From positions 2,016,001-2,080,000 of the forward strand of contig OZ241322.1 of assembly GCA_965199715.1 (NCBI GenBank): 64,000 bases of DNA, written 5' to 3'. Below are positions 8,190-17,774 of this stretch, one piece after another. Source of the stretch: Vicinamibacteria bacterium (GTDB taxonomy: Bacteria; Acidobacteriota; Vicinamibacteria; Marinacidobacterales; Marinacidobacteraceae). Within the stretch, counting starts at the first letter, position 1. Each line of letters begins with the position of its first letter. Made by a program: the position numbers and the translations under genes. The notes beneath the pieces are model-generated. The model was not told the DNA's origin and did not search any database. It saw only the letters and a list, made by a program, of their open reading frames with translations.

Positions 8190-11100
8190 ATGAGATCTGT
8201 CTTGTTTAGGACCGCCGCGACGCTGGCAGTCCTTGGACTCGCGTCGGGGGCGTTGGCCCAGACGTTCCAGGGAAACGTCCGCGGCGTAGTGCGCGACAGC
8301 GATGGCGGCGTGCTTCCGGGGGTGACGGTCACTCTCGAGAACGCCGACACCGGCGCATCGCGCACCTCGGTGACCAGCGCCGTCGGCGAGTACGTCTTCG
8401 CCAACGTGCAGCCGGCCACCTACGATCTTCGGGCCGAGCTCAGCGGCTTCGCGCCGTTCGCGAGCGAAGGCCTGATCGTCGGCGTGTCCGCGGCTCTCGT
8501 CGTGGACGCCGCCCTCGCCGTCGGCGGCATCGAGGAAACGGTCACGGTCACCGGCGAGACGCCGCTGATCGAGACGGCCTCGGCCTCCGTGGCTTCCGGC
8601 GTGGACCGGGAGCAGCTCGAGGTGCTGCCGACTCCGGGCCGGAACGTCTTCATCATGTCGGTGGGCACCCCGAACGTGGTGCACACCGGCGACCCGTTCT
8701 GGGTGAAGCAGTCCGACCAGACGAACTCGTCCCTGCTGTCGCTGGGCGGTGGGCCGCTGCGAGGCAACAACTACACCGTGGACGGCATCTCCACCACCGA
8801 CCTGCGCAACCGCACCGTCATCATCCCGGTGTTCGAGGCCGTCCAGGAGATGAAGGTCCAGGTCAACACCTACGACGCGGAAATGGGCCGGACCGGCGGC
8901 GGGGTCTTCAACGTGATCCACCGCACCGGCACCAACAACTGGGGAGGCAGCGGCCTCTACCAGACCCGCCCGTCGGGACTCGGAAGCTTCCTTCGCGAGT
9001 ACTACTACCACACGCAGCAGAACATCGACAGCGGGCGGCTTTCCCCTGACGACGTGTCGGATCGTCCCTACGATCTGGCGGGCGGCTCCTTCGGCGGCCC
9101 GATCCTCCGCGATCGGACCTTCTTCTGGATTTCGGGCGAGGGATTCAACGACAACCAGGCGGCCAGCACCACGATCACCCTGCCGAGCGCGGCCGAGGCG
9201 GTGGGCGACTTCTCCCAGAGCGGAGTCACCATCTACAACCCCTTCGAGCGCGACGCCAACGGCAACCGGATGCCCTTCCCCGGCAACCGGATTCCCGCGA
9301 ACATGATCGACCCGGTCGGTTCGTCCTTCGCGCAGCTCCTGACCACGCTCGGTCCGGGCGGCGACGTGGCGGCCTCGGGCGTCCAGATCACGAAGGCGCG
9401 GCAGGCCACCGGAAACCTGAGCCACAGCTTCTCCGATTCGTGGCAGTCGTCGCTGACGTACCTCTACTACACGTCCGAGGAGCCGGCGTTCGGCCACTAC
9501 AAGGATCTGTTGAACGCGGACACGCACCCGGACTTCGGCATCGGCGCCGGCCTGCTCCGGCGCGACGTGCACGCGGTGGCCTTCAACAACACGCTGATCA
9601 CCGGGGACGCCTCGGTGCTGACGCTGCGCTACGGTCAGACGTACTTCAACGACTCGAACCAGAACCCGGTCTTCGACCAGTCGGCCTTCAGCGGCCTCGG
9701 GTTCCAGGGCAGCTTCATCGACGGTCTCTACGGGCAGGAAGGCTATGACGGCCAGTTCCCCTCGATCGGCATCGAGGAGTTCGGCGACAGCGGCTCCGCC
9801 CTCGGCTCGTGGGGCAACACCGACGTCCAGTGGACCTCGCGCGAGGTGGCGGGCACCTACTCCACCTTCATGGGCAACCACACGCTGAAGATCGGCGGCC
9901 AGTACCGCCGGATGGGCCTCCACTCGGTGGCCTTCTCCAACGGTCTCCAGATGAACTTCGACCGCAGCTTCACCCGCGGCCCCGCGCCGGACAACCCGGA
10001 TTCGGGTTCGGCGCTCGCCGACATGCTCCTCGGCATCCCCTCCGGCGGGCAGGTCACGATCGCGCAGCCGGCGGACGTGTTCATCGACTACTACGGCGGG
10101 TTCATCCAGGACGACTGGCGTCCCTCGCAGAACCTCGTCCTGAACATCGGCCTCCGCCTCGAGCACGAGACGGGACTCCAGGAGGACGACGACGGCTTCA
10201 CCGTCGGCTGGGATCGGACGAACCCGTTCCCTCTCCAGGTCAACCTCGATTCGAGCCTCGAAGGGTCGCTCCCCGGCTTCCCGCTGCGCGGCGGCCTGAT
10301 GTACGCCGGCGTGGATGGCAACCCCACCCACCAGTGGGATCCCCCGGGAATCAAGTTCGGCCCGCGCCTCGGCTTCGCCTACACGGTGAACCCCGAGACC
10401 GTGATCCGCGGCGGCTACGCCGTCTTCTGGGCTCCCTACGCGATTCCGAGCGGCGTCGGCGCGAGCCACGTGGGCACCTTCGGCTACACCGCGGTGACCA
10501 GCATCGCGACGAGCGTGGACGGCGTCACTCCGCCGACCGCGACCGCCTCCAACCCGTTCCCGAACGGCGCGGATCCAATCGAGGGCAACGCGAACGGTCG
10601 CTTCCAGAACATCGGCGGCAACGTCACGTTCAACGACCAGCACCGCCAGTCGCCCTACATTCACAAGTGGTCCCTCGACTTCCAGCGCGACATCGGGACG
10701 GACCTCGTGTTCAAGCTGGGCTACGTCGGAAGCTCCGGCGTGGACCTGCCGATCGGCGGCACGAACAACTCGACCATCAACATCAACCAGCTTGACAACC
10801 GCTACCTGTCGCTGGGCGATCGGCTGGACGAGCACTATCCGAACCCGTTCTACGGCGATTCGCGCTTCGGTTCCTTCTCGGGCGCCGAGACGCTCCCGCT
10901 CGGGCAGCTCCTCCGCCCGTACCCGCACTTCCGGAACGTCTTCGCCCGGCACGCCAGCGCCGGCAAGTCGCTCTACAATTCGATGCGCGTCGAGTTCGAG
11001 AAGCGGTTCCGAGGCAACTGGGGTTCGCGGATCAACTACACGTTCACGAACCACAAGGACAACATCTACGAGAGCAACACCCGTCTCTCGGATGAGGAGA

Positions 11101-11696
11101 GCACCATCTTCAACACGCCCGAGTCGTGCGTGACCGGCCCGTGCTCGGTGCTGGACGAGGACTACGGACCCTCGCGGATCCACGTGCCGCACCAGTTCAA
11201 CATCGCGTTCACCTACCGGACTCCCGGCGACAACGCGATCTTCAGCGGTTGGGCGATCTCGACCCAGACGATCCTGCGGAGCGGATTCCCCCTGACCATC
11301 AAGCAGGGCGCGAACATCCTCAGCTCCTACGGATACGACCACCAGCGTCCGACCAGCGGCGGCGTGACCGGCGGCGGCAACCCCCGCGACAACCACCTGA
11401 ACTACCTCAGCGCCGGTTCGATCGGGGAGACCTCCGGGTACCAGCTCGGAGCGGGCCCGCACACGACCGACGCGGTCCGCAGCCCCGTGCTGCAGACCTG
11501 GGACGTCGCGCTCGAGAAGTCCACGGTCCTGTACGCCGACCTGAACCTCACCCTCCGGTTCGAGATGCTGAACTTGTTCAACAGCCCGAACTGGAACGGT
11601 CCCCGGACCATCTACGGGAACAGCAACTTCGGTCAGATCACCGGCAGCGGCGGATTCCCCCGCACGCTCCAGTTCATGACCAAGATCACCTTCTAG
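8190..11696 (+). CDS. Oar-like TonB-dependent receptor with N-terminal carboxypeptidase-regulatory-like domain
   Basis: Signal peptide; GVVRDSDGGVLPGVTVTL; YDAEMGRTGGG plug; FIQDDWR; FGPRLGFAY; C-terminal RTLQFMTKITF. Confidence 0.93.
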   Translation: MRSVLFRTAATLAVLGLASGALAQTFQGNVRGVVRDSDGGVLPGVTVTLENADTGASRTSVTSAVGEYVFANVQPATYDLRAELSGFAPFASEGLIVGVSAALVVDAALAVGGIEETVTVTGETPLIETASASVASGVDREQLEVLPTPGRNVFIMSVGTPNVVHTGDPFWVKQSDQTNSSLLSLGGGPLRGNNYTVDGISTTDLRNRTVIIPVFEAVQEMKVQVNTYDAEMGRTGGGVFNVIHRTGTNNWGGSGLYQTRPSGLGSFLREYYYHTQQNIDSGRLSPDDVSDRPYDLAGGSFGGPILRDRTFFWISGEGFNDNQAASTTITLPSAAEAVGDFSQSGVTIYNPFERDANGNRMPFPGNRIPANMIDPVGSSFAQLLTTLGPGGDVAASGVQITKARQATGNLSHSFSDSWQSSLTYLYYTSEEPAFGHYKDLLNADTHPDFGIGAGLLRRDVHAVAFNNTLITGDASVLTLRYGQTYFNDSNQNPVFDQSAFSGLGFQGSFIDGLYGQEGYDGQFPSIGIEEFGDSGSALGSWGNTDVQWTSREVAGTYSTFMGNHTLKIGGQYRRMGLHSVAFSNGLQMNFDRSFTRGPAPDNPDSGSALADMLLGIPSGGQVTIAQPADVFIDYYGGFIQDDWRPSQNLVLNIGLRLEHETGLQEDDDGFTVGWDRTNPFPLQVNLDSSLEGSLPGFPLRGGLMYAGVDGNPTHQWDPPGIKFGPRLGFAYTVNPETVIRGGYAVFWAPYAIPSGVGASHVGTFGYTAVTSIATSVDGVTPPTATASNPFPNGADPIEGNANGRFQNIGGNVTFNDQHRQSPYIHKWSLDFQRDIGTDLVFKLGYVGSSGVDLPIGGTNNSTININQLDNRYLSLGDRLDEHYPNPFYGDSRFGSFSGAETLPLGQLLRPYPHFRNVFARHASAGKSLYNSMRVEFEKRFRGNWGSRINYTFTNHKDNIYESNTRLSDEESTIFNTPESCVTGPCSVLDEDYGPSRIHVPHQFNIAFTYRTPGDNAIFSGWAISTQTILRSGFPLTIKQGANILSSYGYDHQRPTSGGVTGGGNPRDNHLNYLSAGSIGETSGYQLGAGPHTTDAVRSPVLQTWDVALEKSTVLYADLNLTLRFEMLNLFNSPNWNGPRTIYGNSNFGQITGSGGFPRTLQFMTKITF

Positions 11697-11716
11697 AAGG
11701 CTGATCGTCCCTCCGG

Positions 11717-11766
11717 GCCGTCGTCCGGGAGCTCGGGCTCCCGGGCGGCGGTCCTTTCTCCTTTCT
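11717..11766 (+). terminator. Stem-loop / intrinsic terminator after the receptor gene
   Basis: 16-bp stem GCCGTCGTCCGGGAGC-TCGG-GCTCCCGGGCGGCGGT (with G-U pairs) followed by CCTTTCTCCTTTCT. Confidence 0.65.
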
Positions 11767-11817
11767 GCGGCGCTGCTGCTGGCGATCGCTCCGGCCTTCG
11801 CGCAGGCCCCGCCCCCG

Positions 11818-13002
11818 GTGGAGCCGCAGGTCCGGGCGCTGCTCGACGACCTCGCCGGGCGCGCCGGCGACGACCCCGCCGGCCGGCTCGCGCTCGCGGA
11901 GACCCTCCACGCGCACGGCCTGATCGACGAGGCGGTGGCGGCCTACCGGGAGGTCCTCGGCTCCGTTCGGCCGGGAGACGCCCTCGCGTTTCAGGCGGCC
12001 TACCTGCTGGCCCACGCAGTCCGGACCCGCGCCCCCGACGAGGCGGCGGCGACGCTCGCGGACGCGCTCCGGGACAGGCCCGGGTATCCGGCGGCGCAGG
12101 CGCTTCTCGGGGAGATCCGCGAGGAGCTGGGCGATCCCGACGGCGCCGAGGCCGCGTACCGGGAGGCGCTTGGGGTCGAGCCGGGCTCGGCGCTCGCGCT
12201 CTTCCGGCTCGGATCGCTCGCGCTGCGCCGGGGCCGGATCGCGGACGCGGTCGAGCTTCTGAAGAGCGCGCTGGACCGGGCTCCGCAAGCGGGCGCGGTC
12301 CGCGCCGCGCTCGCGCAGGCGTTGAACGCCTCGGGCGACCGGGAGCGCGCCCGCGAGGTCCTCGGAACCGGAATGGACGCGCGCCTTCCCGCGGTCGGCG
12401 ATCCGATCCACTTCCGGATGACCGAGCGGGACGTCTCCTCGCCCCGCCTCCTCGAGCGGGGCCGCGCCGCCCGGGAGGCCGGACGCCTCCGGGAGGCGGA
12501 GCGCTGGTATCGGGATCTCCTCGGCGTGCGTCCCCGGGACCCCCTCGTCCTCGCCGAGCTGGGCGCGGTCCTCCACGCCGGCGGGCAGTCGGAAGAAGCC
12601 GAGCGGCTCTTTCGGGACGCAGTCGCGCTGGATCCGGACCAGGCCCTCGCCCGATTCGGGCTGGGACTCGTGGCGACGGCCGCGGGCGATCTCTCCGGGG
12701 CCGAGTTCCACCTCCGAACCGCGCTCGACGCACGCCCGGACGACCCGAAGGCGCTCGTGGCGCTCGCCGACGTCCTGCTCCGCCAAAGGCGCGTCGGCGA
12801 GGGCCTCGAAGCGCTCGACCGCGCCCTGGGCCACGATTCGGACGACGGCTCCATCCACGTCCGCCGCGCCGCCGCGCTCGCCGAGCTGGGCCGCTTCGAC
12901 GACGCCTGGGAAGCGGTCGGGGCCGCTCGCGCCGCCGGCGCCGAGCCCCCGCCGGCCTTCCTCGACGCGCTCCGGGCGCGGCGGCCCGAACCCGGCGCCT
13001 GA
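11818..13002 (+). CDS. Tetratricopeptide repeat protein (true start may be upstream, see findings)
   Basis: Repeated TPR patterns such as AEAAYREALGVEP, AERLFRDAVALDP, LRTALDARPDD. Confidence 0.88.
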   Translation: MEPQVRALLDDLAGRAGDDPAGRLALAETLHAHGLIDEAVAAYREVLGSVRPGDALAFQAAYLLAHAVRTRAPDEAAATLADALRDRPGYPAAQALLGEIREELGDPDGAEAAYREALGVEPGSALALFRLGSLALRRGRIADAVELLKSALDRAPQAGAVRAALAQALNASGDRERAREVLGTGMDARLPAVGDPIHFRMTERDVSSPRLLERGRAAREAGRLREAERWYRDLLGVRPRDPLVLAELGAVLHAGGQSEEAERLFRDAVALDPDQALARFGLGLVATAAGDLSGAEFHLRTALDARPDDPKALVALADVLLRQRRVGEGLEALDRALGHDSDDGSIHVRRAAALAELGRFDDAWEAVGAARAAGAEPPPAFLDALRARRPEPGA

Positions 13003-13020
13003 CTGCTACGCTCCCGCAGC

Positions 13021-13512
13021 GTGCGCCTCGCCCTGAAGCTCCTCGCCCTCGCCGCGTTGGTTCTCGCCGCCTTCGGCGCCGGCTGGTTCGCCTCGGGCTT
13101 CGGGATCGGCCGGACCGTCCCCGAGGACGCGCTCGACGTCCCGGAGCGCGCCTTCGCCGAACGCATGGAGAACGTCGTCCTCGACGGCAAGTTCACGGTC
13201 GCGTGGCCGGAGTCTCGGGACGGGACCTTCGAGGATCGCTACGACGTGGCGAGCGCGACGCCGCTCGAGGACGGGCGCTGGCGCTTCTCGGTCCGCATCC
13301 GCTACGGAAGCGTGGACGCCACGCTTCCGGTCGTGGTTCCCGTCGAGTGGGCGGGAGACTTGCCGGTCGTCCGGCTCCGGGACGCCGCGATTCCGGGGCT
13401 CGGCGAGGAGTTCGGTGCGACGGTCCTCTTCGGCGACGGCCACTACGCGGGGGTTTGGAACCACGGTCCCGTCGGCGGATTCATGTGGGGAACCATCGGG
13501 CGCGGGGAGTGA
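13021..13512 (+). CDS. Membrane-anchored or secreted hypothetical protein
   Basis: Hydrophobic N-terminus, beta-rich body ending YAGVWNHGPVGGFMWGTI; coupled to the next gene by GTGA overlap. Confidence 0.75.
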   Translation: MRLALKLLALAALVLAAFGAGWFASGFGIGRTVPEDALDVPERAFAERMENVVLDGKFTVAWPESRDGTFEDRYDVASATPLEDGRWRFSVRIRYGSVDATLPVVVPVEWAGDLPVVRLRDAAIPGLGEEFGATVLFGDGHYAGVWNHGPVGGFMWGTIGRGE

Positions 13513-15083
13513 GGTTTCCGGGGGGCCTGCTCGCCGTTCTCCTGCTGTCCCCGGCGGCGCCGGCCCAGCCCGCGCTCATGGACGTCACCGAGGGGTCGGG
13601 GGTGGATTTCGTCCACGATCCGGGAGGGTTTGAGGGCTTTCCGCTGCCCGCCATCATGGGCGGCGGCGCCGCGCTCTTCGACGGGAACGGCGACGGGTTC
13701 CTCGACCTGTACCTGATCCAGTCGGAAGGCGCGAACCGCTTCTTCGTCGGCTCGGGCGACGGACGCTTCCGCGACGCGACCGAAGAGAGCGGCCTCGGCG
13801 AACCCGGCTGGGGATTCGGGGCGGCCGTCGGCGACGCGGACGGCGACGGCGACCCCGACGTCTTCGTCTCCAACCTCGGCGAGGACGCGCTCTACCTCGG
13901 CGAGGCGGGGCGCTTCGAGCGAAGGGCGCTGCCCGGCGTCCGCTGGTCGTCGTCCGCCGCGTTTTGCGACTACGACGGCGACGCCGACCTCGACCTCTAC
14001 GTGGGCGGCTACGTGCGCCACGACCCCGAACGGGAGTGCGTTTCCGCCTCGGGAGCGCCCGACTTCTGCGAGCCGGCCAGCCTTCCCTACGAGCGCGACG
14101 TTCTCTGGCGCAACCGGGGCGACGGCACCTTCGAGGACGTTTCGGACACCGCCGGGATCCTCGGGCGCGCGCTTCCCGCGCTGGGCGTCCTCTGCCACGA
14201 CTTCACCGGCGACGGCCGCCTCGACTTCTACGTCGCGAACGACGGCGAGCCCAACCTGCTCTGGGAACAGCGTCCCGACGGAACCTTCGAGGAGAGCGGT
14301 CTCCTCACCGGGGTCGCGCTGAACGCGCAGGGGCGGGCGGAAGCGAGCATGGGCGTGTTGCTGGGCGACTTCGACCACGACGCCGACCTCGACCTCTTCA
14401 TGACCCACCTCCGGTCCCAGACGAACACGCTCTACCGCAACCAGGGAAACACGTTCATCGACGACACGCCGTCGTTCGGGCTGGGGCTGCCGAGCCTTCC
14501 GTGGACCGGGTTCGGGACCGCCTTCCTCGATCTCGAGCACGACGGCGACGCGGACCTGCTCGTCGTGAACGGCGCGGTCGCCCGCGCCGCCGGCGCGCCG
14601 GTGGAGCCGAACCTCGACGCCTACCGGGAGCCGGCCCAGGTCTTCCTGTCCGACGGTCTGGGCCGCTTCGAGCCCGCGCACGCCGGAGACTTCTCGAACC
14701 TGACCGCCTCGGGCCGGGGCCTCGCCGCCGGAGATTGGGACCGGGACGGCGACCTCGACCTCGTGGTCACCGCCGTCGGCGAGCCGGCGCGCCTGTTCGA
14801 GAACCGCTCGGCGCGGGAGGGGAATTTCGTGATCCTCGAGCCGCGCGAGTTCGGGCGCTCCTGCCCCGGCGCGGTCGTGACGCTCGCGCTCGACGATCGC
14901 GAGCTGGTGCGCGCGCTCCAGCCGTCGGCGGGGTACCTCACCGCGAGCGAGCCCACGGCGCACTTCGGGACGCCGCCCGCCGCCACGGTGACCGGAGTTC
15001 GGGTGCGCTGGCCCGACGGCGTCGTGGAGTCGTTCCCGCCGCCGGAGATCGGCCGGCGGACGCGCCTCGTCCGGACCCGCTGA
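13509..15083 (+). CDS. CRTAC1 family FG-GAP repeat / ASPIC-UnbV domain protein
   Basis: Repeated D-x-D-G-D-x-D-x-D motifs; GRAEASMG; GRGLAAGDWDRDGDLD; C-terminal GYLTASE..AHFG..VRWPDG. Confidence 0.92.
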   Translation: MRFPGGLLAVLLLSPAAPAQPALMDVTEGSGVDFVHDPGGFEGFPLPAIMGGGAALFDGNGDGFLDLYLIQSEGANRFFVGSGDGRFRDATEESGLGEPGWGFGAAVGDADGDGDPDVFVSNLGEDALYLGEAGRFERRALPGVRWSSSAAFCDYDGDADLDLYVGGYVRHDPERECVSASGAPDFCEPASLPYERDVLWRNRGDGTFEDVSDTAGILGRALPALGVLCHDFTGDGRLDFYVANDGEPNLLWEQRPDGTFEESGLLTGVALNAQGRAEASMGVLLGDFDHDADLDLFMTHLRSQTNTLYRNQGNTFIDDTPSFGLGLPSLPWTGFGTAFLDLEHDGDADLLVVNGAVARAAGAPVEPNLDAYREPAQVFLSDGLGRFEPAHAGDFSNLTASGRGLAAGDWDRDGDLDLVVTAVGEPARLFENRSAREGNFVILEPREFGRSCPGAVVTLALDDRELVRALQPSAGYLTASEPTAHFGTPPAATVTGVRVRWPDGVVESFPPPEIGRRTRLVRTR

Positions 15084-15084
15084 T

Positions 15085-16125
15085 TCAGCGGGCGATCGGC
15101 GTGGAGAGCGTGCCGATCCCCTCGATCTCGATGTGGACGGTCTGTCCCGGCTGGAGGTACTCGGGCGGCTCCCGGGCCGTGCCCACCCCGTCCGGGGTCC
15201 CGGTGGCGATCACGTCCCCGGGGTGCAGCGTCAGGATCGAGCTGGCGTAGGCCACGAGCTGCCGGACGCTGTAGATCATGCTGGAGGTGTGGCCGTCCTG
15301 CACCACCCGGTCGTCGATCCGGGTCACGAGGCGCAGCGCCTGCGGGTCGGGAAGGAAGGCGGCCGGGGTCACGACCGGGCCCATCGGCGCGGCGCGGTCG
15401 CCGCCCTTCCCGGAGAACCAGTCCGGACCGGGAAGCATCGGGTTCTCCCGGTAGCGCCCGCCCCGGTCGCTCACGTCGAACACGACGGTGTATCCGAACA
15501 CGTGGTCGAGCGCGTCCTCCGGAGACACGTGCCGGGCGGCCGCTCCGATCACCACGCCGAGCTCGCCTTCCCAGTCGATGTTCTCGCGTCCCGGAGGAAT
15601 CCGGTACTCCTCGCCGGTCCCGATGATCCCCGAGCGCGGCGACTTGAAGAAGAGATACGGCGCGTCGCGCTCCGGGTCCACCGCCTGCTCCACGTCCATC
15701 TCGGCGGCGTGCGAGCGGTAGTTTGCGGCCGCGGCGATGACGTGCGCCGGATACTGGAGCGGCGGCCCGAGCCGGTGCGGCTCCACCCGGAACCGCAGTC
15801 CCGAAGCCCGTTCGCCGAGGTGGTTCGCGATCTGGTGCAGCCGCCTGAGCGCCGGCTCGCCCCCGGCGATCACGCCGACCAGGTTCGGGGCGAGCGCTCG
15901 GGGGCCGGCGCCGGTCTCGCTGGCGAAGAGCGCGTCCGCCGCCGCGAGGTCGAGGATCGCGCCGCCCACGACGATCGCCGGGCGCGGCGCGCCGTCGCCG
16001 GCGTCGGACGCCCGGTAGGTCGCGAGCTGAAAGGGAACGTCCGGCGCGTCGGAGACGGAAACGGCCGCTCCGCCGCCGCAGCGAAGGAGCGCGAGCGCGG
16101 CGGCGGCGATGGCGATTCGGGTCAC
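15085..16125 (-). CDS. Fumarylacetoacetate hydrolase family protein with signal peptide
   Basis: IDWEGELGVVIG, FDVSDR, LHPGDVIATGTPDGVG; N-terminus ...AAAALALLRC. Confidence 0.9.
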   Translation of the reverse strand: MTRIAIAAAALALLRCGGGAAVSVSDAPDVPFQLATYRASDAGDGAPRPAIVVGGAILDLAAADALFASETGAGPRALAPNLVGVIAGGEPALRRLHQIANHLGERASGLRFRVEPHRLGPPLQYPAHVIAAAANYRSHAAEMDVEQAVDPERDAPYLFFKSPRSGIIGTGEEYRIPPGRENIDWEGELGVVIGAAARHVSPEDALDHVFGYTVVFDVSDRGGRYRENPMLPGPDWFSGKGGDRAAPMGPVVTPAAFLPDPQALRLVTRIDDRVVQDGHTSSMIYSVRQLVAYASSILTLHPGDVIATGTPDGVGTAREPPEYLQPGQTVHIEIEGIGTLSTPIAR

Positions 16126-16162
16126 TCGGGATAGCCTATCCAACCACCCGGAGGACCGCCCC

Positions 16163-16540
16163 GTGATTCGACTTCTCGCCCCCCTCGCCGTCTGCCTGCT
16201 CGTGGGTTACGCCGCCGGCGCCGCGTTCGGCGGCGGGCAGGAGGAGCAGCGCAGCCGCCGCATCCCGCAGTTCGAGAACGAGCGCCTCAAGGTCTGGAAG
16301 ACGATCGTCGTTCCGAACCAGCCGCTCTCCATGCACCGCCACGAGTACGGTCGCGCCATCGTCGCCCTCAAGGGCGGCACGCTTCACGTCGTCACCGAGG
16401 ACGGCGAGGAGAAGCCCATGCATTGGGAGACCGGGAGCGCCTACTGGCTCGGCCCCGATCCCCCGGACGAGCTGCACGGCGACGTGAACAAGGGCGACGA
16501 GCCGATCGAGGTGATCGTCGTTGAACTGAAGGAGAACTGA
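16163..16540 (+). CDS. Secreted cupin-domain protein
   Basis: FENERLKV, MHRHE, LHGDVN, VIVVELK; GGAGG RBS before GTG 16163. Confidence 0.82.
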   Translation: MIRLLAPLAVCLLVGYAAGAAFGGGQEEQRSRRIPQFENERLKVWKTIVVPNQPLSMHRHEYGRAIVALKGGTLHVVTEDGEEKPMHWETGSAYWLGPDPPDELHGDVNKGDEPIEVIVVELKEN

Positions 16541-16544
16541 GGCC

Positions 16545-17774
16545 TCAGCCCCGGTCGATCGCGAGGAGCGCCCGCCGCAGGAGGTCCACGCCGTTCGCGC
16601 AATCCTCCCACGAGGTCCATTCCTGCGGGGAATGGCTGATTCCGCCGCGGCTGGGGACGAAGATCATCGCGGTGGGAATCCCGTGCCGCGCGAGGTTCTG
16701 GGAGTCGTGCCCGGCGCGGCTCGGCATCGCGATCGGCTCGTGCCCTGCCTCCCGTGCGACCCGGGCGAGGATCGCCCGCAGACCGGGGTCCATCGCGGCT
16801 GCCGGCTCGCGCAGGCTGCGGCCGATGCGGGTTCGGCAGCCGGTCGCCCGATCGAGGCCGGCCGCTCGCGCCTCGATCCGCCCGATCACGTCGGCGACCA
16901 CGGCGTCGTCGAGGTCGCGCAGCTCGATCGGGAACCGCACGAGGCCGGGAACCACGTTGGCGGCGTCCGGCACGACCGACAACTGGCCCACGTTGCCGAC
17001 CTGCTCGCCGGGGCGTCCGCGGATCTCCTCGTGGGTCGCCACGATGAGCCGCGCCGCCGCGAGCATCGCATCCTGGCGCTCGGCCATCGGCGTGGTGCCG
17101 GCGTGGTTCTGGAAGCCCTCGATCCGCGCCTCGAACCGGTGGATCCCGACGATCCCCTCGACCACCCCCACCCGGCAGCCGGACTTCTCCAGCGTCCCGC
17201 CCTGCTCGATGTGGAGCTCGACGGCGGCCCGCACCCGCCTCGGGTCCAGCACCGCCCGGTCGAGATCATCCGGTTCGAGCCGGTAGCGGACCATCCAGTC
17301 GTGGAGGCTCTGGCCCTCGGCGTCGGTCCGGTGGAGCTCGTCTTCGGAAACGCCCGAGGTCGCGGCACGGCTCCCGAAGAGCCCGTTTCCGAAGTGCGCC
17401 CCCTCCTCGTCGCACCACACGACCATCTCCAGCGGATGGCGGGTCTCGACGCCCTGCTCGTGGAGCGACCGGAGCGCCTCGAGCGCCCCGAGCACGCCGA
17501 GAGTTCCGTCGTAGTGGCCGCCTCGCGGGACCGTGTCGAGGTGCGATCCGAACAGGATCGCCGGAAGCGGTTCCCGTCCGGGCCGCCGCCCGAAGAGGTT
17601 GCCCGCGGCGTCGGCGCGCACCTGAAGGCCTGCGTCCCGCATCTCGGAGACGATCCAGCGCCGCGCCGCCAGCTCGTCCTCGCTGAATGCGATCCGGCGG
17701 GCGCCCCCTTCGGGATGCAGCCCGAATCGGGCGAGCGCCTCGAGAGACCCCCGGAGGCGCTCCGCGTCGATCAT
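16545..17774 (-). CDS. M20 Zn-dependent amidohydrolase (allantoate / N-carbamoyl-amino-acid hydrolase)
   Basis: GSHLDTV, GHYDG, DEEG, ELHIEQG, NHAGTTPM, AGHD, SHSPQE. Confidence 0.93.
   Translation of the reverse strand: MIDAERLRGSLEALARFGLHPEGGARRIAFSEDELAARRWIVSEMRDAGLQVRADAAGNLFGRRPGREPLPAILFGSHLDTVPRGGHYDGTLGVLGALEALRSLHEQGVETRHPLEMVVWCDEEGAHFGNGLFGSRAATSGVSEDELHRTDAEGQSLHDWMVRYRLEPDDLDRAVLDPRRVRAAVELHIEQGGTLEKSGCRVGVVEGIVGIHRFEARIEGFQNHAGTTPMAERQDAMLAAARLIVATHEEIRGRPGEQVGNVGQLSVVPDAANVVPGLVRFPIELRDLDDAVVADVIGRIEARAAGLDRATGCRTRIGRSLREPAAAMDPGLRAILARVAREAGHEPIAMPSRAGHDSQNLARHGIPTAMIFVPSRGGISHSPQEWTSWEDCANGVDLLRRALLAIDRG

Noticed and set aside
8169-11462. 1097-aa antisense ORF, and similar ones at 47295-50558, 21087-23531 and 31850-34048
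   Set aside because: They mirror well-supported genes, have no motifs, and are expected when high GC makes stop codons rare.
13670-14770. Recurrent GACGGCGAC..GACCTCGAC strings
   Set aside because: Coding FG-GAP calcium-binding repeats; irregular spacing and no cas genes, so not CRISPR.
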